Part shown: positions 1 through 7,312 of the stretch, one piece after another | Layout of the letters: every line of letters starts with the position of its first letter | Position numbering within the stretch: the first letter of the stretch is position 1 | Origin: a virus | Length of the DNA: 64,000 nucleotides | IMG/VR virus record: IMGVR_UViG_3300035698_017437 | Location: 77,961 to 141,960 of that record | Direction: 5' to 3' (one strand) | Program-made: the position numbers and the translations under genes | Notes under the pieces: generated by a model | Told to the model about the DNA's origin: nothing | The model's database searches: none | What the model saw: only the letters and a program-made list of their open reading frames with translations

Positions 1-213
1 GGATTCAGTATCATAAAATCAGATTCCGGGTATGATACGGATATATTGATTGAAAAAGAATATGACTCTGAATATTTAGAAGATATTCTAAAAACGGAAA
101 TGAGATTACAGAAAAAAGTGAAAAAATTGATGGGTTCAAAACTCAAAGATTATAAGGATTATGAGAAATACCTTGATTTGAAGAAAAGATTTGAAAATGA
201 AGTTAGTTGTTGA
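1..213 (+). CDS. 3' part of a hypothetical protein, truncated by the window edge
   Basis: Open frame from position 1 (GFSIIKSDSG...RFENEVSC) ending at TGA 211-213. Confidence 0.6.
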   Translation, partial: GFSIIKSDSGYDTDILIEKEYDSEYLEDILKTEMRLQKKVKKLMGSKLKDYKDYEKYLDLKKRFENEVSC

Positions 214-263
214 CTTTTCGTTCCAGAAATGATACATAGAATAAATAAAGATAAAGTTTCTAA

Positions 264-337
264 GCCGGTATAGCTAAGTGGTTAAGCGCAAGATTTGTAT
301 TCTTGAAACGGGGGTTCGATTCCCTCTACCGGCTCCA
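264..337 (+). tRNA. tRNA-Thr(UGU)
   Basis: Acceptor GCCGGTA/TACCGGC, anticodon arm CAAGA-TT TGT AT-TCTTG, GTTCGA T-loop, encoded CCA. Confidence 0.95.
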
Positions 338-381
338 ATAACGAGGAGCTCAAATCCGAACGGAGGCTCCAAAACAATTAT

Positions 382-457
382 AGATCTGTAACTCAGTGGA
401 TAGAGTAGATGCCTTCTAAGCATTTTGTCGGGAGTTCAAATCTCTCCAGGTCTACCA
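382..457 (+). tRNA. tRNA-Arg(UCU)
   Basis: AGATCTG/CAGGTCT acceptor, GATGC-CT TCT AA-GCATT anticodon arm, GTTCAAA, CCA. Confidence 0.95.
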
Positions 458-466
458 AGGATTAGT

Positions 467-1536
467 ATGAGTAAATGTTTATTCTATATGGCTCGACCCA
501 TTTCAGGAGTAGATGGAATACGGATGCTTTCCCATCTAAAAATTCTTGAAACAACAGCAGATGAAGTTTTCCATTTATCAAACACAAAGACGAACAAAGG
601 CAAGGAAGTAATTGAATTCCACAGTGGATTAAGAATATCAAAATCAATCAACTATTTTGGTGAAGTATATACCAACGAGTTGAAACATCTTGATTCTTGG
701 ATGAATGTTTATAATGCTCTTGATGTATCTCCTTTAAAGATATATATGATAAACTATTCATAATGGGAGGTATATGTTTTAGAAGTTCAGGATTTTGTAG
801 AGGTGGTAAACGAGAAGATTCATTTCCTAATGATAAAGGTCAAATAAAATTTATCAGTCAAGGAACTCATTTTGTAAATATTCTCGCAATATTGAAAGCC
901 CATAGGGAGTATGGAATTCCACTTCACGAATACTCTTATGATACTGATGAGTTGCCTTGTTCATCTTTTCATCCTGATGTGTCACCAAAATTGAATTATT
1001 ATCTATATTATGGACATTCAATAAAAGATTACGATATATCCCGTTTGGATTGTCACCAATATTATATGAAGAATAATAGGAAGAATACTATATTTGATGA
1101 TATTCCTGAAAAGGTTCATGATCTAACTAGTGGATATACAAACATAAACGATACAAGAAATAGATATTCAGTTGAGCTAGATGATTTAGCATCAAATTGT
1201 AAAACGTCTAATATATACATAAGAGATAAAATTCAAGGAATAGATACATTTCTTGATAAAGATCAATATAATCGGATGATTTCAGAATCCAGGTTTACTT
1301 TTATATTTCCTGCCTATGATCTTCATGTAATATCTATTGATAGGATGCTTGGAGCTATACACCGAGACTGTCTACCTCTATTCCATAGTGAATGTGTCTT
1401 GACGGATGTAGAGGAATCGTTCGGTGTTGATCTAAAATACTTAGTTAGAACAAAACTCTTATCTGAAGAGGACCGGTTAAGATGGTTGAATATATTGAAA
1501 GAAAAGTTTACTGCCTTTCGAATAGGATTCAAATAA
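467..1536 (+). pseudogene. Putative glycosyltransferase-like protein (~355 aa), split into ORFs 467-763 and 763-1536 by a frameshift in an (AT)4 run at 740-747
   Basis: Removing one AT gives a continuous ...SPLKIYDKLFIMGGICF... frame. The C-terminal part (SRFTFIFPAYD...SIDRMLGAIHRDCLPLF) resembles GT-B C-terminal domains. Function is inferred. Confidence 0.45.
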
Positions 1537-1550
1537 GGTGTATTTATATG

Positions 1551-1579
1551 TTGACAAGTAATATCCAATATGTTATAAT
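1551..1579 (+). promoter_or_regulatory. sigma70-type early promoter
   Basis: TTGACA-17 bp-TATAAT with extended TG, upstream of tRNA-Gln. Confidence 0.85.
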
Positions 1580-1595
1580 AGAGTATACAGAATGA

Positions 1596-1667
1596 AGACC
1601 CGTAGTTCAGCGGTAGAACCTCACCCTTTGAAGGTGATTGTCGGATGTTCAAATCATCCCGGGTCTG
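1596..1667 (+). tRNA. tRNA-Gln(UUG)
   Basis: AGACCCG/CGGGTCT acceptor, TCACC-CT TTG AA-GGTGA, GTTCAAA; no encoded CCA. Confidence 0.9.
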
Positions 1668-1676
1668 AATATAATC

Positions 1677-1750
1677 GGGAGATTAGCTCAGTTGGTTAGA
1701 GCCGTGTTCTCATAAATCACAGGTCACTGGTTCAAATCCAGTATCTCCCA
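1677..1750 (+). tRNA. tRNA with CAU anticodon (Ile2 or elongator Met)
   Basis: GGGAGAT/ATCTCCC acceptor, CT CAT AA loop, GGTTCAAATCC; no encoded CCA. Confidence 0.85.
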
Positions 1751-1782
1751 AAATACTTTAGTTTCTTCATCAAAGGAATATT

Positions 1783-1974
1783 ATGAAAGCTTATGGAGTT
1801 CCTAGAATAAAAGACGCCGAATGTCCTGATAAAGCGGATATCAAACGTTTCGGGTATTCATCAACTGATCGTTGTTCCAGAAAAGATAGAGGCAAAAATA
1901 CATCAAGACGGATATGGAAGAAAAAGTTCAGAGCAGATCAAAAGAAATTATGTAATTACAAAGAATTCCTTTAG
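1783..1974 (+). CDS. Small basic hypothetical protein
   Basis: AAGGA SD, ATG, 63 aa Lys/Arg-rich. Confidence 0.65.
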   Translation: MKAYGVPRIKDAECPDKADIKRFGYSSTDRCSRKDRGKNTSRRIWKKKFRADQKKLCNYKEFL

Positions 1975-2004
1975 GAATCACAATTTAACCTAAAAAGGAA
2001 CCAA

Positions 2005-2199
2005 ATGTTACATAAAATGAAAGTTGTACTTGATAACACATCTAGTCCAAAAGTTTATAAAAGAACTAGATGGACACATTATGAGGGATATAAATTTATT
2101 TGTTGTATGTGTAAACCTCATAGAGGATGTAACAGAAAAAGAAATCCAAGCCTATCTTGGAAAGATCAAAGCAAAAAAAGAAATTCATGGGAGAAATAG
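2005..2199 (+). CDS. Small basic protein with Cys/His cluster (CCMCKPHRGC)
   Basis: AAGGA SD, 64 aa. Confidence 0.6.
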   Translation: MLHKMKVVLDNTSSPKVYKRTRWTHYEGYKFICCMCKPHRGCNRKRNPSLSWKDQSKKRNSWEK

Positions 2200-2202
2200 A
2201 AT

Positions 2203-3294
2203 ATGAGAAAGTTAGCAACAATCAGAAGAATTGAAAATATCCTGCCTATTCAAGGAGCTGATAGGATTGAAGTAGCTTATATTGATGGTTGGGAATGTGT
2301 TATCAAAAAAGATCAATTCATAGTAGGTGATTTCTGTGTTTATTTTGAAATTGATTCTATGCTTGATAAAGATAATCCCGTTTTTGAATTTATGGCTCAA
2401 CGAAAGTTTAGAGTAAGAACTATCAAACTGAGAAAACAGATTTCTCAGGGACTTGCTCTTGCTCTTGAGGATTTCCCTGAATTGAAAAATCCTATAGTTG
2501 GTGATGATGTAACCTCTCTACTGAAGATCACTAAACATGATCCTCATGCACAAAGAGAGCGAAATCAACAGGTTAGCACTAGGAAGAAGCCTCCATTGCG
2601 CTGGATGCTCCGATTTGGTGTAGGACGATATCTACATCAAAAGATTTGGAACAGAGCTTCAGGATCATGGCCCGGACTTTTTCCCAAAACCGATGAAGAA
2701 AGAATTCAAAATCTTTCTCTATATAATCTTGAAAGTATTCTCAAAGATGAAGTGGTTGTTACAGAGAAATTGGACGGACAATCAGTATCAATTTTCTATG
2801 ATAGAAAAGCAAAAACGGGATTCTTCAAACGAGGAGTTTTTGGAGTATGCTCTAGGAATATTTGGTATAAAAACCAAGCAAATAATAATTGGTGGAATAT
2901 AGCAATCAAAGAAAACCTCCAATTGACTCTTCCTGAATATTGTAATCAAGAAAAGATGTCGCTTGTCATTCAAGGAGAAATAGTAGGAGAGGGAATTCAA
3001 AAGAATAGATATAATCTGAAAGGACAACATCTATATGTTTTTTCTGTATATGATATTGAAAATCAGAAATATATTGATCCAAAAGATGAGACTTTATCTT
3101 TGGGTTTGACAAGAGTTCCAGATCTAGGAACTTGCGTCTTAGAACCAAATAAAAAACTTATCCTTGAATTCGCTGAAGGTAAATCTGTAGTTGGATCTAA
3201 ATCTCTTAGAGAAGGAATTGTTATTCGTTCTGAGAAAGATCAATCCAAATCATTCAAAGCTATTTCTAATAAATGGCTTCTCAAAAATGAATAA
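2203..3294 (+). CDS. ATP-dependent RNA ligase, DRB0094-type, with N-terminal OB domain
   Basis: N-terminus MRKLATIRRI..PIQGADRIE..YFEIDS; motif I TEKLDG; QGEIVGEGIQKN; REGIV; SFKAISNKWLLK. Confidence 0.9.
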   Translation: MRKLATIRRIENILPIQGADRIEVAYIDGWECVIKKDQFIVGDFCVYFEIDSMLDKDNPVFEFMAQRKFRVRTIKLRKQISQGLALALEDFPELKNPIVGDDVTSLLKITKHDPHAQRERNQQVSTRKKPPLRWMLRFGVGRYLHQKIWNRASGSWPGLFPKTDEERIQNLSLYNLESILKDEVVVTEKLDGQSVSIFYDRKAKTGFFKRGVFGVCSRNIWYKNQANNNWWNIAIKENLQLTLPEYCNQEKMSLVIQGEIVGEGIQKNRYNLKGQHLYVFSVYDIENQKYIDPKDETLSLGLTRVPDLGTCVLEPNKKLILEFAEGKSVVGSKSLREGIVIRSEKDQSKSFKAISNKWLLKNE

Positions 3295-3338
3295 TGTGTA
3301 TACAAAATAAGAAACATATAATTCAAAAGGAGAGAGAT

Positions 3339-3548
3339 ATGAAATTTGTTATCGGAATGAACGGAGCACCAAAAGCACCAAAAACCAAAGAAGAAGAAAA
3401 GTCTATTGAAGAAAGTATGGGATTCTTCATTAAATTTATCGCTTGGAGTATTGTCGGTATTGCTCTTATTGGAGCATTTCTTGTTTGTGTAGCTGATGTA
3501 CAAAGTGAAAGCAATGTAACAAAAACAGAAATAAGTGTTGACAAATGA
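3339..3548 (+). CDS. Small membrane protein
   Basis: AGGAG SD, one hydrophobic helix. Confidence 0.6.
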   Translation: MKFVIGMNGAPKAPKTKEEEKSIEESMGFFIKFIAWSIVGIALIGAFLVCVADVQSESNVTKTEISVDK

Positions 3549-3566
3549 TTCTAAATATGTTATAAT
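3538..3566 (+). promoter_or_regulatory. sigma70 promoter for a short hairpin RNA
   Basis: TTGACA-17-TATAAT. Confidence 0.8.
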
Positions 3567-3581
3567 TACATATACCAAATG

Positions 3582-3648
3582 AATAAGACTATAACAGTGA
3601 GTTAACCTTGTAAATGCCACCGTGCTCTAGGCACTGTTATATCTTGTT
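3582..3648 (+). ncRNA. Candidate small stem-loop RNA
   Basis: AATAAGA-C-TATAACAGTG pairs with CACTGTTATA-TCTTGTT; own promoter; no ORF. Confidence 0.45.
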
Positions 3649-3678
3649 TATATATACAAAATAAAATGAATTTAGTTG

Positions 3679-3707
3679 TTGACAAGTGATTCTAAATATG
3701 TTATAAT
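3679..3707 (+). promoter_or_regulatory. sigma70 promoter
   Basis: TTGACA-17-TATAAT, near-duplicate of 3538-3566. Confidence 0.8.
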
Positions 3708-3724
3708 TACATATATATCAAATT

Positions 3725-3832
3725 TTGTTGTGTTGTAAAAACAAACCTCACACAGTATAAGCGGTGATAAGGTAGAGAATCGCCAAAGACATTATAGTCT
3801 TTGCTTGGAGAGAGCGATTTCCCACACAACAA
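3725..3832 (+). ncRNA. Candidate multi-stem small RNA
   Basis: Terminal stem TTGTTGTGT/ACACAACAA; internal stems GGTGAT/ATCGCC, AAAGAC/GTCTTT, AAGC/GCTT, GGAGA/TTTCC. Confidence 0.5.
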
Positions 3833-3839
3833 TAAACAT

Positions 3840-3922
3840 GGAGAGTTATACCGTAGGGGTAGCGGGATAGACTGTAAATCTATTGTCCTTTGGCTCGGGT
3901 GGTTCGACTCCACCACTCTCCA
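3840..3922 (+). tRNA. tRNA-Tyr(GUA)
   Basis: GGAGAGT/ACTCTCC, ATAGA-CT GTA AA-TCTAT, long variable arm, GGTTCGACTCC. Confidence 0.93.
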
Positions 3923-3979
3923 CTTAAAATTAATTTAGTTGTTGACGAGAAATAGAAAATATGTTATGTTTCTTTATAA

Positions 3980-4147
3980 TAATATGCTTTCTGTGGTCGG
4001 GTAGTCCCGTATGAACGTGTAGGATTTATCAATAGAGTAAGATGATCATCCTCTATAATTTGATAGGCAGCCTTGCTTCAGAGGCAGATCTTGAATTCGC
4101 TAAGAAACGGTTCAATGATGATCTGCCCGCACACCGAAAGCATATTA
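3980..4147 (+). ncRNA. ssrS: 6S RNA-like rod-shaped RNA
   Basis: 12-bp closing stem; CGGGTAG/CTGCCCG; CGGGTAGTCCC and CTTGAA...GGTTCAA segments resemble E. coli 6S; promoter TTGACG at 3942. Confidence 0.55.
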
Positions 4148-4151
4148 GTAT

Positions 4152-4226
4152 GACCATATAATCCAACGGTTAGGATACGAGGTTTTCATCCTCGTAATCG
4201 GAGTTCAATTCTCCGTATGGTCACCA
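4152..4226 (+). tRNA. tRNA-Glu(UUC)
   Basis: GACCATA/TATGGTC, CGAGG-TT TTC AT-CCTCG, CCA. Confidence 0.93.
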
Positions 4227-4230
4227 GATT

Positions 4231-4307
4231 GTAGATTAGAGATTTAGCTTATGTAAAGCGGGTATTTTGACAGATCTTGGTTCAACCCCAAGAATCTCCT
4301 TTCTACA
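4231..4307 (+). ncRNA. tRNA-like element lacking a proper anticodon arm
   Basis: GAGATT/AATCTC acceptor extended by TGTAGA/TCTACA; D-arm GCTT..AAGC; T-arm CTTGG-TTCAACC-CCAAG; only ~15 nt between the D and T arms. Confidence 0.5.
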
Positions 4308-4316
4308 TACAATTAT

Positions 4317-4391
4317 TGCGGAGTAGAGTATTGGTAACTCTCTTGTCTCATAAGCAAGGATATGTTGGTTCAATTCCAACCTCCGCAACCA
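4317..4391 (+). tRNA. tRNA-Met(CAU)
   Basis: TGCGGAG/CTCCGCA, CTTGT-CT CAT AA-GCAAG, CCA. Confidence 0.9.
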
Positions 4392-4401
4392 ATTTTTATA
4401 T

Positions 4402-4631
4402 CTCTCTATAGCTCAATAGGTAGAGCTTCTGAGGAATATTGAGTGTGAATTTTTGGGTTGCTCCTCAAATTCCTTCAATAATAATCAGAGCAAGTATTTC
4501 AATAATCCTACACTGGTCGGCAGATCATAACCTTGACCTCTTTTCTCTGGATAGCCATGGAACAAAGAGAAAAATTGTCATTGAAGTAGATTAGAGAAAT
4601 CGTGAAGGTTCAAATCCTTCTAGAGAGACCA
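4402..4631 (+). ncRNA. 230-nt tRNA-framed RNA with a ~170-nt structured insert replacing the anticodon/variable region
   Basis: Acceptor CTCTCTA/TAGAGAG + A-CCA, canonical D-arm GCTC-AATAGGTA-GAGC, T-arm GAAGG-TTCAAAT-CCTTC. Confidence 0.7.
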
Positions 4632-4646
4632 ATTAGTTTTAAATGC

Positions 4647-4734
4647 TCCCGCCTGACAGAGTGGTAATGTGCCTGGCTGTTAACCAGAGACCTAGAGTAA
4701 TCTAGCGGTTGTTCGACCCAACCGGCGGGAGCCA
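4647..4734 (+). tRNA. tRNA-Asn(GUU) with a long variable arm
   Basis: TCCCGCC/GGCGGGA, CTGG-CT GTT AA-CCAG, variable stem CTAGA-GTAA-TCTAG, G73, CCA. Confidence 0.88.
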
Positions 4735-4764
4735 ATTGTCCCACTAACTTTTAGAGAGAATAGA

Positions 4765-5049
4765 ATGACAAAACATTGGTGCGATGCTTGTGAAAGAGAG
4801 ATAGTAGATAATAACTATAAGAATGTTGGAATACCTTGTCATTTATATTCTATGAGTAGATCAGGAAATCTCCAGGGAGGGTATGTTGATAGGGAATTTC
4901 AACCAATATCAGGAAGAGATGATAATGTCCTTTTATGTCATAAGTGTTTGAACAAAGGATGGTCGGCATTCTTGACTAAATTGGACTTAAATGGAGAGAA
5001 AAGGACAGAAACAGTTGAAACAGAGAGACTAAACGCCTTTATTTATTAA
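4765..5049 (+). CDS. Hypothetical Zn-finger-like protein (CDAC...CHKC)
   Basis: 94-aa ORF between tRNA genes. Confidence 0.6.
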   Translation: MTKHWCDACEREIVDNNYKNVGIPCHLYSMSRSGNLQGGYVDREFQPISGRDDNVLLCHKCLNKGWSAFLTKLDLNGEKRTETVETERLNAFIY

Positions 5050-5059
5050 GAGTATATGT

Positions 5060-5135
5060 GCGCTTGTAGTCCAACGGCAGAGACAACAGGTTTAAGCCCT
5101 GTCCAGTGAAGGTTCAAATCCTTCCAGGCGTACCA
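5060..5135 (+). tRNA. tRNA-Leu(UAA), short variable loop
   Basis: GCGCTTG/CAGGCGT, ACAGG-TT TAA GC-CCTGT, CCA. Confidence 0.9.
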
Positions 5136-5152
5136 AATAATTATATTGACAA

Positions 5153-5239
5153 AGAAGATGCCGTCCGTTGGTGGACAGCTAGACTTGAAATCTGGTGGCG
5201 TGTTAGAAATAGCATGGGGTTCAACTCCCACATCTTCTT
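5153..5239 (+). tRNA. tRNA-Ser(UGA) with selC/allo-tRNA-like architecture
   Basis: 8-bp acceptor AGAAGATG/CATCTTCT, GCTAGA-CT TGA AA-TCTGGT, long variable arm, short T-stem. Confidence 0.75.
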
Positions 5240-5248
5240 CTTATAGAA

Positions 5249-5276
5249 AATAAATGTTGACAAATAAATGTTGACA
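5249..5276 (+). repeat. Perfect tandem 14-bp duplication containing TTGACA
   Basis: AATAAATGTTGACA x2. Confidence 0.85.
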
Positions 5277-5299
5277 TATCATTTACAGGGAACTTTAAT

Positions 5300-5788
5300 A
5301 TGACGAATTTGCTTGAATTTATTCCTGAGGAACTTTTGGCTCCACATTCTATTGATGATAGATGGTATACTTCCAAATTTTATAATTTGAAGATTATGCC
5401 TTGTAGATCTATGGGTTGTAGGGGAGAAAAGATAGTTGAATCAATATATTCCATTTTTGAAAGAGATGTATTGAAAGCATTGAATAAGGGACATGATAGA
5501 CTAATTGATTCCAAGAAAGTTGAAATAAAAACCTCAATGGTAAGTAAAGGAAAGAAAGAGAAATATAGTTTCCTTCAAATCCGTCCTTCAGATGATTATG
5601 AAGTGATTATATTCTTTACTATCAATTATGATTCTTGTTCCTTTTATGAATTGACCAAAGAGGAAGTGCTGGAACGAATAGAGAATGGATTATTCAAACG
5701 TCAACATTTAGGAAAGAATGGAGATTCAGGCACCTTTTCATATAATGGCACTATGGAGAATCTTGGTGCTAGGGAGATTGTTTTTTGA
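5300..5788 (+). CDS. PD-(D/E)xK restriction endonuclease-like protein
   Basis: GE...HDRLID..VEIKTS...FLQIRP motif pattern; overlaps the methyltransferase gene. Confidence 0.65.
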   Translation: MTNLLEFIPEELLAPHSIDDRWYTSKFYNLKIMPCRSMGCRGEKIVESIYSIFERDVLKALNKGHDRLIDSKKVEIKTSMVSKGKKEKYSFLQIRPSDDYEVIIFFTINYDSCSFYELTKEEVLERIENGLFKRQHLGKNGDSGTFSYNGTMENLGAREIVF

Positions 5789-6867
5789 GCAAAAGACATA
5801 CTTCACAAGATTTTCAACAAGCCAATGGACAATATTATTCCTCTAATACCGGAACTCTCTTATCTGGTTTTGAGAATTTCCTTGATAATATGAATATCAT
5901 TGAGCCTTTTGCTGGAAATAAAGATCTAATAAACTGGACTATTGAAAATTGTGATAATGTTTCTTTTTCAATGTATGATCTATATCCAACTGATGAGTCA
6001 ATAACAAAAAATGATTCAATAAAATATCCTCCTTATAAGGATGAAAATGGTATAATATCAAATCCCCCTTATCTTTCAAAGAACAAAAGTAAAGATAAGG
6101 AAGTTTTTGATCAATGGAATCAAAGTGATTTATATAAATGCCATCTTGCTTCAATAGTTGATAGTAAAATAGAAGGGGGTATTCTAATACTTCCATCAAA
6201 TTTTATAAGTGAAAGCAGATCAAAAATAAGAGATTTATTTTTCTCAAAATATAAGATAGAGATGATCAAATATTTCTCTTATCCAGTTTTTGATGATGCA
6301 ACGACAGGAATTATATCTTTCTCTTTCTCTTTATGGAAGGAAAAAAATGTTATGATTATTCCTTTTCATTTATATTCCAGCGAAAATGTAGTAAAGGTCA
6401 AAGAATATTCTTTGATTAGGAAATATGGCTGGTTAGTAGGAAAGAATTTCTTTGATTATATTTTAGAAGATGATTATCCTTTGAAATTAGAAATGTTGGA
6501 AGAACAACCGCAATCTAATTCAAATATTGTTATCGGTTTATTGACAAATGGTAAATATTGTTTGGGAGCCCATTATAACGAAAAGGAAGCAATACGATCT
6601 AATGGGAAAGCATTTACAACATATCAAATATTCCTGAATAATGACCTTTATTTATCTGAAGACGACCAAAAAGCTATTATAAAAAGATACAATAAGGTAT
6701 TGAATGGTTTTATTGAAGAATATTCAGGATTATTCCTTGCCAATTATATGGGAGCAAACCAGAAAATCAAGAGTAGAAAATACTCAAGCCTTTTATTGAG
6801 TAGATGTATAAAGGAAATAAAAGGTATATACAAAGAAAAAAACGATTTATCTGAATTTATGACTTGA
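5785..6867 (+). CDS. Amino (N6-adenine) DNA methyltransferase
   Basis: GQYYS (motif X), IIEPFAG (motif I), SNPPY (motif IV), ILPSNF, VFDDAT. Confidence 0.85.
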   Translation: MSKRHTSQDFQQANGQYYSSNTGTLLSGFENFLDNMNIIEPFAGNKDLINWTIENCDNVSFSMYDLYPTDESITKNDSIKYPPYKDENGIISNPPYLSKNKSKDKEVFDQWNQSDLYKCHLASIVDSKIEGGILILPSNFISESRSKIRDLFFSKYKIEMIKYFSYPVFDDATTGIISFSFSLWKEKNVMIIPFHLYSSENVVKVKEYSLIRKYGWLVGKNFFDYILEDDYPLKLEMLEEQPQSNSNIVIGLLTNGKYCLGAHYNEKEAIRSNGKAFTTYQIFLNNDLYLSEDDQKAIIKRYNKVLNGFIEEYSGLFLANYMGANQKIKSRKYSSLLLSRCIKEIKGIYKEKNDLSEFMT

Positions 6868-6942
6868 CTTCTGATTCTATACATGGTATAATAGTATATA
6901 CAGAATGAGAAAGATACATAATTCAAAGTGGAGAAACCCATG
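6864..6942 (+). promoter_or_regulatory. Promoter/stem-loop/RBS cassette copy
   Basis: TTGACT-17-TATAAT...CAGAATGAGAA...AATTCAAAGTGGAG; matches copies at 9717, 11836, 12804, 16934, 24361 and 38221. Confidence 0.8.
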
Positions 6943-7311
6943 AGACTTTCAAAAACAAGTGATTATATTGAGATTGATGAAAATGAAGATGTTGAAATTC
7001 TGTTCCTTTCAGATGAAGAATGGCAATCAAGTTTGAGTAATAAATCTGCTTTAGCTTCTGTAAAGGATGAGGTTGCCTTTGCTGTAATGTCTGAGGAAAT
7101 AAAATATTCAAGAATATTCGTCAATATAGATAAAGTTTATGGAGTAGATTATGAGGTTGTTATTGCCCATGAATATTCACATATTCTTTTTCATGAAGTA
7201 GATGAAGAGAAAACAGATAGAAATTGTTTTCAATTTCTGGTAGAGAGTGAAATTGGTTGGTTGAAAAGTCAATGGGAAATCCGTCATGGACATAAATTTG
7301 AGGAGATTTAG
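6940..7311 (+). CDS. Hypothetical protein with HExxH zincin motif
   Basis: IAHEYSH...E. Confidence 0.6.
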   Translation: MRLSKTSDYIEIDENEDVEILFLSDEEWQSSLSNKSALASVKDEVAFAVMSEEIKYSRIFVNIDKVYGVDYEVVIAHEYSHILFHEVDEEKTDRNCFQFLVESEIGWLKSQWEIRHGHKFEEI

Positions 7312-7312
7312 A

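Noticed and set aside
345-372. Ribozyme or riboswitch after tRNA-Thr (GGAGC..TCCGAACGGA.GCTCC)
   Set aside because: Only a small hairpin; it could not be fitted to an HDV-like/theta ribozyme or a known aptamer fold
425-466. ORF-track starts overlapping tRNAs (425, 8794) and antisense ORFs over tRNAs (1323-1652, 3707-3916, 5046-5231)
   Set aside because: They are translations of tRNA genes; better starts lie downstream (467, 8878)
4402-4631. tmRNA or group I intron-containing tRNA
   Set aside because: No G3:U70 pair, a full D-stem is present, it is short for a tmRNA, the internal frame does not end in a typical tag, and no recognisable intron core or restorable anticodon loop is visible
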